Shown here piece by piece: positions 6,945-14,551 of a stretch of DNA of 19,374 nt. Source of the stretch: Candidatus Nanohaloarchaea archaeon (lineage in GTDB: Archaea; Nanohalarchaeota; Nanosalinia; Nanosalinales; Nanosalinaceae). The position numbers were made by a program, and so were the translations under genes. The notes below the pieces were generated by a model, which was not told the origin of the DNA, made no database searches, and saw only the letters and a program-made list of their open reading frames with translations. Location: positions 1 to 19,374 of the forward strand of contig JBDGRK010000032.1 of assembly GCA_042218075.1 (NCBI GenBank). Reading direction: 5' to 3'. Position 1 is the stretch's first letter; each line of letters begins with the position of its first letter.

Positions 6945-7361
6945 CTATTTCTCCTCTACGATTATTTTTACGTGTGCGCTTTTGACTTCGCGTCCCCTGT
7001 GCCTTTTCGGAGTTCTGATGCTTGGACCCTGATTCGTGATAACTTTTCCAACTTTCATGTTTCCCAGGTTCAGACCTTCATTCTCCGCGTTGCTTTCCGC
7101 CTGCTCAAGAAGGCTCAGGATCTCCTCCGAGGCCTTTACAGGATACCTTGCAGACCCCTGTCCCGGCTTGTGACCGACGTCAGAGTCAAACTTGGTGTAT
7201 GGAACAGGCAGATCCTTCTCGATCACTCTCTCAAGCTTCGACTTTGCTTTCTCTATCTCGTCATCCTTGATGAAGCGACCGATCTCTGTACAGTCTTTCC
7301 ATGAAACTCTCAGGTTCTTTCCAACAGCCTTAGCCTGGTGAGGTTCGGTCTGGATTGGCAT
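6945..7361 (-). CDS. rpl22: 50S ribosomal protein L22 (uL22)
   Basis: AKAVGKNLRVSWKDCTEI, ARYPVKAS, AESNAE, HVKIIVEE; ATG at 7361 follows AGGTG. Confidence 0.97.
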   Translation of the reverse strand: MPIQTEPHQAKAVGKNLRVSWKDCTEIGRFIKDDEIEKAKSKLERVIEKDLPVPYTKFDSDVGHKPGQGSARYPVKASEEILSLLEQAESNAENEGLNLGNMKVGKVITNQGPSIRTPKRHRGREVKSAHVKIIVEEK

Positions 7362-7371
7362 GATCAAGCAC

Positions 7372-7755
7372 CTACTTCAGAGGCACGTGCTGTGAAGATC
7401 TCGTCGCCCCGAGTCCGGGAGCGCTGTGCGAGACCTCTTTCCTGGTTTTTGCGAACTCTCCTAGGTAGTGACCGAGCATTTCCTCGTTCACTTCAACTTC
7501 GATAAACCTCTGACCGTTGTACACTTCGATCGTCTTCCCTACCATCTTCGGCACTATTATCATGTTTCTCTCGTGGGTTCTCACACGATCATTATCGTCC
7601 AGGTCCTTCAGTATTTTCTTTTCGTTGTCTCTCAGTCCTCTCTGTATCTTTCTCCTGCCTCTGGCGTCAAGAAGCTCTGAGAACTGATTCAGGTTCATCT
7701 GCTGCAGTTCGTCCATTTTCTTCCCCCTGTACGTGAACTCCTCGTTATCAGCCAT
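7372..7755 (-). CDS. rps19: 30S ribosomal protein S19 (uS19)
   Basis: FTYRGK, VRTHERNMII, EMLGHYLGEF, GATRSSQHVPLK. Confidence 0.98.
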   Translation of the reverse strand: MADNEEFTYRGKKMDELQQMNLNQFSELLDARGRRKIQRGLRDNEKKILKDLDDNDRVRTHERNMIIVPKMVGKTIEVYNGQRFIEVEVNEEMLGHYLGEFAKTRKEVSHSAPGLGATRSSQHVPLK

Positions 7756-8462
7756 TATTCACTGCCCTCCTTGTCTCCTGTTCTCTTCGCCGCAATACTT
7801 CCAACCTTGCTGCCCGGCGAGGCATGTCGTGAGGTGGTCTTGGGCTGTCCAGGCTTTGCAGAACCACCAAATGGATGGTCGACCGCGTTCATCGCGACCG
7901 CTGAAACCTTCGGGTAAGGCTTTCCTTTCGCCTTCATCGCGTGATGCCTGTTTCCTGCCTTCACGAACGGTTTGTCCTTTCTTCCTCCCGCCGCGACTTT
8001 TCCAATCGTTGCTCTACACTCGGTATCCAGCTTCTTGAACTCCTTGCTAGGTAGACTGATTCTTACTCCATTCTTTTCCTGTGTTACTACAAAAGCATAT
8101 GTTCCGGAAGCCCTGACAAGTTTTCCACCATCATTTGGCTGGAGCTCGATATTGTGGATCGGTACTCCTTCCGGTATCTCTCCGAGCGGTAGAGTGTTGC
8201 CCTCCTTTATCTCAGCTGAAACACCGATCTCGATCTCTTCTCCAACTGAGAGGTTCTCCGGCGCCAGAATATTTCTCTCCTCCCCGTCCTCGAATTCTAC
8301 GACAGCGACAGGAGCAGTCCTGGAGGGATCGTGCTGTATATCTACAACTGTGCCTTTAAGTTCGGCATTCTTCGTCTCAACATCGCCTCTGCCGTGGTGC
8401 GTATTCGCCCTGTAGTTCGGCGAACCTTTTCCTCTTCTCTGCGGTCTGATTGGTGATCCCAT
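7755..8462 (-). CDS. rpl2: 50S ribosomal protein L2 (uL2)
   Basis: QRRGKGSP, HDPSRTAP, AMNAVDHPFGG; ATG at 8462 follows AGGTGA. Confidence 0.98.
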   Translation of the reverse strand: MGSPIRPQRRGKGSPNYRANTHHGRGDVETKNAELKGTVVDIQHDPSRTAPVAVVEFEDGEERNILAPENLSVGEEIEIGVSAEIKEGNTLPLGEIPEGVPIHNIELQPNDGGKLVRASGTYAFVVTQEKNGVRISLPSKEFKKLDTECRATIGKVAAGGRKDKPFVKAGNRHHAMKAKGKPYPKVSAVAMNAVDHPFGGSAKPGQPKTTSRHASPGSKVGSIAAKRTGDKEGSE

Positions 8463-8482
8463 CAAACTCACCTAGAGAGTTC

Positions 8483-8530
8483 GAAATTCCTTTGGAATTT
8501 CTGCAACGCAGAAACTCCTTCTGGAGTTTC
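8483..8530. repeat. Tandem double-palindrome element, copy 3
   Basis: GAAATTCC-TTT-GGAATTTC, 9-nt spacer TGCAACGCA, GAAACTCC-TTCT-GGAGTTTC. Confidence 0.85.
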
Positions 8531-8533
8531 GAG

Positions 8534-8608
8534 TTTGATCATCTCAAGCCGCATTCCGCTCTGCTCCAGCGGCTTCCGGGTTTCTTTTTGATTTTGAGAT
8601 CATAGTAT
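8534..8608 (-). repeat. Intergenic repeat family B, copy 2
   Basis: ATACTATG...CTTGAGATGATC, homologous to 6867-6944; internal stem AAGCCGC/GCGGCTT. Confidence 0.7.
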
Positions 8609-8620
8609 TTTCTCTCATTT

Positions 8621-8890
8621 TTACATCATTCCCATCTTGGTGGCCACATCCATCGCGTCGTCGGCTTCTGAAAGCCTGACAAACGCCTTTTTCTTGGCCT
8701 GTGGCGTTATTGTCGTGTTTACTTTTTTAACCGTGACATCGAACAGGGTTTCAACCGCGTCCTTCACCTGGTTCTTGTCGCTCTCCAGATTGACCATCAA
8801 TACAAGCTTGTTCTCCATGTCCACCTGGTCCATCGCCTGCTCCGTCATGTGCGGATTCTGTATTACGTCCCAGGCTCTCTGCTCTTCCAT
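8621..8890 (-). CDS. rpl23: 50S ribosomal protein L23 (uL23)
   Basis: PHMTEQAM, ENKLV, VKKVNT, KKAFVRL; ATG at 8890 follows GAGGTTGA. Confidence 0.97.
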   Translation of the reverse strand: MEEQRAWDVIQNPHMTEQAMDQVDMENKLVLMVNLESDKNQVKDAVETLFDVTVKKVNTTITPQAKKKAFVRLSEADDAMDVATKMGMM

Positions 8891-8903
8891 TAACTGTTCA
8901 ACC

Positions 8904-9662
8904 TCATTCGTAAATTGCCTCTTCCTCAAGTTTTTCTACAGCTTTTTCACTCCATACAATCAGTCTTCCGGGCTGGGTTCCAGGTGCTAGCTTTTCAGCA
9001 TTAAGCTGATCAACTCTTGAGACCTCGACTCCCGGAATGTTGCTTCCCGCGTTCATCACTCCTTCATCTTCCGCAACTACGACAAGCGGGCCGACCTTCC
9101 GCCTGTACTTTCTTCCTCTTGAAGTTCCCTTTCCTGCTCTAACCTTCTTTTCTGAACATCTCTCCAGCTCCTCTTCCAGTCCGAGTTCCTCAAGCGTTTT
9201 CTTCAGTTCCTGTGTCTTTTCGATTGACTCTATTCCGTCTTCGACTATAGGAAGCTCACCATCGTAGTCATGTCTCTCCGACACATAGTTTTCTTCGAGA
9301 GAAGCAGAGAGCGCTGACCTGATCGCCTTCCTCCTCTCCCTGTCGTTTATATCTTCCTCAAACTCTTTCTCCGCTTTTGGGGGATGAGCAACTCTACCGC
9401 CTTTAGTGTTCGGAGCTTCAGCACCTCTGCCGAAGATCTGACTTCCCCTTCTCAGCATAATCTTTCTCGGCGTCCTTGACTGGCCTCTTCCCTTCTGGCC
9501 TCTGTACGCGTTGTTTCGCTTCTTCCAGTAGGTGACATGTCGATTGCCGGCTTCCGGATCGGTTCCGTACTGCTGTCTGTTCTTCGACTGGATCGAAAGC
9601 ACGGCTCTCTTGATTATGTCCGGCCTCACTCTTTCATCGAACTGGGATGGCATCTCTTTCAT
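8904..9662 (-). CDS. rpl4: 50S ribosomal protein L4 (uL4), short N-terminus
   Basis: VRPDIIKRAV, GRGQSRTPR, GGRVAHPPK, LAPGTQPGRLIVWS. Confidence 0.97.
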   Translation of the reverse strand: MKEMPSQFDERVRPDIIKRAVLSIQSKNRQQYGTDPEAGNRHVTYWKKRNNAYRGQKGRGQSRTPRKIMLRRGSQIFGRGAEAPNTKGGRVAHPPKAEKEFEEDINDRERRKAIRSALSASLEENYVSERHDYDGELPIVEDGIESIEKTQELKKTLEELGLEEELERCSEKKVRAGKGTSRGRKYRRKVGPLVVVAEDEGVMNAGSNIPGVEVSRVDQLNAEKLAPGTQPGRLIVWSEKAVEKLEEEAIYE

Positions 9663-9673
9663 TTTTATAACCT

Positions 9674-10642
9674 CTATCTATTGATGTGCGTGATTTCAGG
9701 TTTTCCTGGTTTTTCGTCTTTCCTTAAAGCGGTTCTCAGCCTGACCAGCCTTTTCGTGGCTCCGGGAACGGATCCCTTAACTAGAATATAGTTCGATTCG
9801 ATTTCTCCGTAGTTCTTGAACCCTCCTTCCCTCTGCACCTCTTCAGCATCCCCATAATCGAGTATCCTCTTGTTTATCTCGGTTCGATTGTTGAAACCTT
9901 CCTGACCGGGAAGTGGCACCCTCCATGAGAGAGTGTCTGGATGCCATGGACCAACGTTTCCCGCTTTTCTCCGCTTCTTCTGGGTCTTGTGGCCAAGCTT
10001 CTTGACTCCGTACCTCTGGACCGGTCCTTCAGTTCCCTTTCCCTTGGTAACCGCGACTACATCAGAGTAGTCTCCTTCTTCGAATACATCGGAGAACTCG
10101 ACCTGCTTTCCAACCATCTCTTCAGCGTACTCCAGTTGTTCCTCGACTGAGCCTCCCAGGCCTACCTCAAAATTCTCCGCCTTTTTCTTAGAGATTCCTG
10201 ACTCCTGTGGCTGCGTGTGAACAAGCAGTCTAACATCCGTAATATGCTCTGAGTTCTCTTTCGCCTTTTCCATGTTGTGAAGGTTACCTTCTTTCGGAAC
10301 ATCGACGGCTCTCTGTAATTCTGGAGCAGGACTCTCAGTCCAGGCCTCCGTGAAAACCTGTTTTCCGGTGTTGGGATCATAGGTATAGAACCTCGCACCG
10401 TAAACTCTCAGCGGAGGAGCTTCAAGTATGGTTACGGCTTCAGCCACTTCCTGCCCCTTCGTCGCGCCTTCAGTATCGTCGATCATAAGGACTCTCGTCA
10501 TCCCGACCTTGTAGCCCGCGAAACCGAGAGGCTTTTTCTCTTCGGTGTCCTCCCAGTTGTCAATATCCGGGTAGATCCGGTCGGCCCTTACCTTTGGCTT
10601 GAACCCCAGCGATCCGCTTCTAGGTCTGTTTATCTGTGGCAT
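9674..10642 (-). CDS. rpl3: 50S ribosomal protein L3 (uL3)
   Basis: PRSGSLGFKPKVRA, FAGYKVGMT, TKGKGTEGPVQRYG, KGSVPG; GAGGT SD. Confidence 0.98.
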   Translation of the reverse strand: MPQINRPRSGSLGFKPKVRADRIYPDIDNWEDTEEKKPLGFAGYKVGMTRVLMIDDTEGATKGQEVAEAVTILEAPPLRVYGARFYTYDPNTGKQVFTEAWTESPAPELQRAVDVPKEGNLHNMEKAKENSEHITDVRLLVHTQPQESGISKKKAENFEVGLGGSVEEQLEYAEEMVGKQVEFSDVFEEGDYSDVVAVTKGKGTEGPVQRYGVKKLGHKTQKKRRKAGNVGPWHPDTLSWRVPLPGQEGFNNRTEINKRILDYGDAEEVQREGGFKNYGEIESNYILVKGSVPGATKRLVRLRTALRKDEKPGKPEITHINR

Positions 10643-10830
10643 CGTGATACCTCAATCTGAATACTGTTCCAGAGGCCTCCTTCATGCCGCTCGAGGCCAC
10701 CAGCGGAGCTGGTGATTGCGTTCGCAGACTTCCCTCCGGATGTCTGCTTTAAGCACGAACTACTAAGAGTTTCGTGCATTTGCGTAGCGTAACACGCAGA
10801 GGCTTGTCCCCCGAGAACGGTCGAGGGTAA
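10643..10830 (-). ncRNA. Long structured 5' leader of the rpl3 operon (candidate r-leader)
   Basis: Consecutive stems CCCUCG/CGGGGG, UGCGU/ACGCA, GCACGAA/UUCGUGC, GCAGAC/GUCUGC, CACCAGC/GCUGGUG and GCC/GGC; all but the first are enclosed by GCCUCU/GGAGGC. Confidence 0.65.
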
Positions 10831-10850
10831 CAACGGAATGACTGTGAATT

Positions 10851-10858
10851 TTTATAAA
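10851..10858 (-). promoter_or_regulatory. TATA box of the rpl3 operon
   Basis: TTTATAAA about 25 nt upstream of the first hairpin. Confidence 0.7.
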
Positions 10859-10900
10859 GGGGTTGACACCGAGGAAAGAAGAAATGAAGAAATGAGCTGG

Positions 10901-11161
10901 TTACTGCTTCACTCTTTTCTCAACCAGCTCGTTGAAGCCGTCCTGCGCCTCCTCGTATTCCGCATCGTTCAGGAAGATGGGAATCGAGCCCAGTCCAAGC
11001 GGCAGTCTCAGCCTCAGGAAGTAGTCGCCGTTCCTGTCCTCATCGATCCAGCCGGTCACAGACTGATCCCTATTCTGGAACAGAGGAGGCCTGTTTTTGC
11101 TGTTCTCATCCTGGTTTTGAGAACTTTGTGAAGTCTTCGAAGTATCCTGGTTTTCTGACAT
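10901..11161 (-). CDS. Hypothetical protein (86 aa)
   Basis: ATG at 11161; polar low-complexity N-terminus, then a beta-rich core VTGWIDEDRNGDYFLRLRL; AT-rich upstream region. Confidence 0.7.
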   Translation of the reverse strand: MSENQDTSKTSQSSQNQDENSKNRPPLFQNRDQSVTGWIDEDRNGDYFLRLRLPLGLGSIPIFLNDAEYEEAQDGFNELVEKRVKQ

Positions 11162-11288
11162 ATTTTTCAATTATATTATAGATTTTTAAACTTTTTTCTA
11201 TCTTCTAACCCGCATATTTCTTTTCAAATATTAAAAATTATGAAAGAATTCTCCCGTCTAAAATAAAATAATAGAATACCTGACGAGT

Positions 11289-12707
11289 TCAGCCCTTGAT
11301 GTTTACTACAGGCCGCATCTGGGCGACTTTCTCTCCTATTCCGAGCTCGTCGCTAACATTAATTACCTCGTCAATATCCTTGTAGACGCCAGGAGCCTCT
11401 TCTGCGATGGTAGAGCCTGAAGCTGCCTTCACAAGTATTCCCTCTCTCTCAAGCTCGTTCTGGACGTCCTCCCCCCAGTAATCCTGCTTCGCCTGCGTCC
11501 TCGACATCAGTCTTCCCGCTCCATGAGCTGTAGAACCGAATGAGATTTCCGGGGATTTCTCTCCTCCCGAGAGTATATAGCTCGAGGTTCCCATGCTGCC
11601 GGGGATCAGCACCGGCTGCCCGACCTCCGAGTATACATCCGGTACTTCTTCTCTTCCCACAGGCATCGCCCTTGTGGCTCCCTTCCTGTGGACTATCACC
11701 TCTCTTTCCTTCCCATCGATCTCGTGGATTTCCTCCTTGGCTATGTTGTGGCACACGTCATACACCATCTCGACCTCCGGCGAGTTAAATATCGTATTTA
11801 GGCACTCTCTCACCCCCTGTGTGATCGCCTGTCTGTTGCACCACGCGTAATTGGCAGCGGCGTACATCGCTTTCTTGTAATCCTGCGCTGCTTCGTCTTC
11901 TATAGGCGCGTATATCAGGTTCTTCTCCGGTATAGCGTCGACTATCTCGGGGTACTCCTGCTCGAATCTTCTCAGGTATTTGGTGCATGTCTCGTGTCCG
12001 AGTCCTCTTGAACCCGAGTGAACCATCACGACTACCTGCCTCTCTTCGAGACCGTAAGCTTCAGCGACTTCTTCATCGAAAATATTCGAAACAACCTGGA
12101 CCTCAAGGAAGTGGTTTCCAGAGCCGAGAGATCCGACCTGGTTCAGACCTCTCTCAATCGCGTCATCTGGAACTTTCCGGTGGTCGCCGGGAAGTCTTCC
12201 GTTCTCCTCGCACCTTTCAAGATCTGCTTCCTTAGCTTCTCCCTGATCGAGCATCCACTCCATTCCTCTATCAAGTATGTCTCTGAGATCTTCCTTGTCA
12301 GTCTCAAGATAACCTCCCTTGCCCAGACCGACAGGTATCTTGCTGTAGAGGATGTTTGCGAGCTGCTGCTCTCTTCCCTGGATGTCATCCGCGGTTAAAT
12401 CGGTTTTAAGGACTCTCACGCCGCAATTCACGTCGAAGCCGATTCCACCAGGGCTTATGATTCCATTTTCTGCGTCAAAAGCTGCTAAGCCTCCTATTGG
12501 AAAGCCGTAGCCCTGGTGGCCGTCGGGCATAACGATAGAGTACTCCTGGATTCCTGGAAGTGCAGCCATGTTCCTTACCTGCTCCAGTGTATCATCATCT
12601 TTTATCTCCTCCAGAAGCTCTTCTGAAGCGTATACCCTCGCCGGGACGTTCATCTCTTCATCCTGCGGAATCTCGTAGATATTGTCAGATACTTTCTCCA
12701 GCTGCAT
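11289..12707 (-). CDS. rtcB: RNA-splicing ligase RtcB
   Basis: MPDGHQGYGFPIG, GFDVNCG, GSGNHFLE, HSGSRG, HNIAK, HRKGAT, HGAGR, EEAP..YK. Confidence 0.98.
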   Translation of the reverse strand: MQLEKVSDNIYEIPQDEEMNVPARVYASEELLEEIKDDDTLEQVRNMAALPGIQEYSIVMPDGHQGYGFPIGGLAAFDAENGIISPGGIGFDVNCGVRVLKTDLTADDIQGREQQLANILYSKIPVGLGKGGYLETDKEDLRDILDRGMEWMLDQGEAKEADLERCEENGRLPGDHRKVPDDAIERGLNQVGSLGSGNHFLEVQVVSNIFDEEVAEAYGLEERQVVVMVHSGSRGLGHETCTKYLRRFEQEYPEIVDAIPEKNLIYAPIEDEAAQDYKKAMYAAANYAWCNRQAITQGVRECLNTIFNSPEVEMVYDVCHNIAKEEIHEIDGKEREVIVHRKGATRAMPVGREEVPDVYSEVGQPVLIPGSMGTSSYILSGGEKSPEISFGSTAHGAGRLMSRTQAKQDYWGEDVQNELEREGILVKAASGSTIAEEAPGVYKDIDEVINVSDELGIGEKVAQMRPVVNIKG

Positions 12708-12746
12708 ACGACTAATATTGGGCGGGAAGTTTTATAGAAAATTGCT

Positions 12747-12977
12747 CTATGTTCTATCCCTCCCATACCACTGCTCCGGCATAAGACCTGCCACCACCAG
12801 AACTATACCAGCCACAATACCTGCTGTACTGATGGAATTAAAGTTGTAGTTGGTGCCATCGCCTGATAATACATCTTCGGCCTGTTCGACTGCGCCCTGC
12901 TTCTGTTCGGAGTGAAGATAGCCAAACACTCCTGCGAGAAGCAGCAGGGTTCCCAAAATTAGGATTGACATTCTCAT
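12747..12977 (-). CDS. Small two-TM membrane protein
   Basis: Two hydrophobic segments around a polar loop; co-oriented between archease and rtcB. Confidence 0.7.
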   Translation of the reverse strand: MRMSILILGTLLLLAGVFGYLHSEQKQGAVEQAEDVLSGDGTNYNFNSISTAGIVAGIVLVVAGLMPEQWYGRDRT

Positions 12978-13041
12978 CTTCTTAACAAAAGATTAAGCTC
13001 CAGATATACAGTAATTGTTTCACTTGAAAGCTTTATTCTAT

Positions 13042-13458
13042 CTATATATCCAGAACTGCTTCTATTATCCATCCCTCTCCTTTCTCGTAATCAACCTTCA
13101 TCTCGTTGTATGTCGGGGCCTTTACATCCTGATAGCTTGCTCCCTCCGTTATCGGATCAGCCCAGACTGTTGCCTCCAGAGAATGGCCGCTTTGCATCTC
13201 CTCTATCTCGATATCTTCTGCATGGCAAACGACTACTCCCTCTGTCTCCTGGAGGAAGATTAACCTATCGAGGAAATCGAAAAGCAGCGATTCAAGCTTC
13301 TCCGATTCAATATTTAGACTGTGCCTGTACTCCCCAGCATCAGGATCTGCACCTACAATTTCCGCAAAAGCCTCTACAGATCTGGAGAAAGCTTCCTCCA
13401 GCGACTTTCCTTCCGCCCTGAACTTTTCATCCGCAGTGTGTGAAAGAATCTCGTACAT
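13042..13458 (-). CDS. Archease (RtcB cofactor)
   Basis: YEILSHTAD, LLFDFLDRLIF, VKAPTYNEM, C-terminal LDI; close to rtcB. Confidence 0.96.
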   Translation of the reverse strand: MYEILSHTADEKFRAEGKSLEEAFSRSVEAFAEIVGADPDAGEYRHSLNIESEKLESLLFDFLDRLIFLQETEGVVVCHAEDIEIEEMQSGHSLEATVWADPITEGASYQDVKAPTYNEMKVDYEKGEGWIIEAVLDI

Positions 13459-14039
13459 CAGGACCTTTCCGGGAAACGCTTTTCGAGCTTTTGTCTCATA
13501 AACTCTGCCTGTTCCTCAAGGTTCATATCAGTATTGTCGATCACCAGATCGTAGATTTCATCATCTTCCAGACTTATCCCGTAGTAGTCCATGTATCTTT
13601 CCTCATCCCTTGAATCTCTCTTCTCCACTATTTGCCTCGCCTCAACAGCATCCATATCCTCTCTCTCCGCCAGCCTCCTTGCCCTCTCTTCCTCATCCGC
13701 GACCACCTTGATCCTTAAATCTGCGTTGCTTCCGAGCACCCAGCCGGTCAATCTACCATCTATAACACAGTCCTGCTCCAGACCTCTCTCAAGCGTCCTC
13801 CTGTCGACAGCAAGATCGACCTCCTTCTCCGCCTCATCAGAGAGCTCAAAATCCTCCAAACCTCTCTCCTCTGCCACGCTGTAAAAAACATCGCTCGCAG
13901 AAAAATGCTCCAGCTCAAGAACCCCAGCTATCTGTTCTCCAAGTTTTCCCTTCCCGGCTCCAGCCTTTCCATCCACTGTGATTACAAGATCAGAATTTTT
14001 CTCATGGTCTCCCTGGAACTCTTCTATATAGCTCTCCAT
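13458..14039 (-). CDS. cmk: Cytidylate kinase (archaeal type)
   Basis: P-loop DGKAGAGKG, VIDGRLTGW, ERARRLAERE, RYMDYYGI, YDLVIDNT. Confidence 0.92.
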   Translation of the reverse strand: MESYIEEFQGDHEKNSDLVITVDGKAGAGKGKLGEQIAGVLELEHFSASDVFYSVAEERGLEDFELSDEAEKEVDLAVDRRTLERGLEQDCVIDGRLTGWVLGSNADLRIKVVADEEERARRLAEREDMDAVEARQIVEKRDSRDEERYMDYYGISLEDDEIYDLVIDNTDMNLEEQAEFMRQKLEKRFPERS

Positions 14040-14062
14040 GCTTTTCCCTGAATTTACAGACT

Positions 14063-14299
14063 TTAATCTTTTTCCTCGACAAAATTCTTCGCTCTTTCGA
14101 TCATCTGGTTCTTGAGGCCTATGAAAACCCCTCCCTTCTTGCCTCCCACGAAAGAGTTTTCCCCGGACTCGATTATCTCGTTGAGTTCCTCGTGCTCCAC
14201 ATCTATGTGGATGTTCTGCGATCCGGACTCCTTATCTTTCCTTTGGACGTAAACCTTTGCATCCTCAAGCTCAATCTTCGAAGGATGATCTCCCGCCAT
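14063..14299 (-). CDS. Hypothetical protein (78 aa)
   Basis: Acidic ORF that fills the gap, with a GGKKGGVFIG motif; no family recognised. Confidence 0.75.
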   Translation of the reverse strand: MAGDHPSKIELEDAKVYVQRKDKESGSQNIHIDVEHEELNEIIESGENSFVGGKKGGVFIGLKNQMIERAKNFVEEKD

Positions 14300-14305
14300 A
14301 GCTTA

Positions 14306-14326
14306 AAATTGTGGATGCTACAATTT
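14306..14326. promoter_or_regulatory. Inverted repeat in a 33-bp divergent spacer (possible operator)
   Basis: AAATTGT-N7-ACAATTT. Confidence 0.45.
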
Positions 14327-14332
14327 AGTTTT

Positions 14333-14539
14333 ATGGAACAAAACCTCAGCGAGAAAGAGAGAAAGAGGAGACTGATCATCGGCCTGAGCCTTGCCACAGT
14401 TTCAGTAATCGTTTACTCCGAGACCGGCAACTTCTACCTTTCGGCAGCCCTTGGCCTCGCAGCAACAGGATTCATATTCAACTACTTCACTTGCTTCTGC
14501 GGAACCAAGAAGCTGATAAAGAGAATAAAGAAAAGATAA
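14333..14539 (+). CDS. DUF2892/YgaP-like small membrane protein
   Basis: MEQNLSEKERKRRLIIG, two TM segments, FC motif near the end; start moved to ATG 14333. Confidence 0.75.
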   Translation: MEQNLSEKERKRRLIIGLSLATVSVIVYSETGNFYLSAALGLAATGFIFNYFTCFCGTKKLIKRIKKR

Positions 14540-14551
14540 GTTCTTTGAGGC

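Noticed and set aside
10630-10833. 67-aa ORF in the rpl3 leader
   Set aside because: It has a non-ATG start at or before the predicted transcription start and an atypical composition; RNA structure explains the region better.
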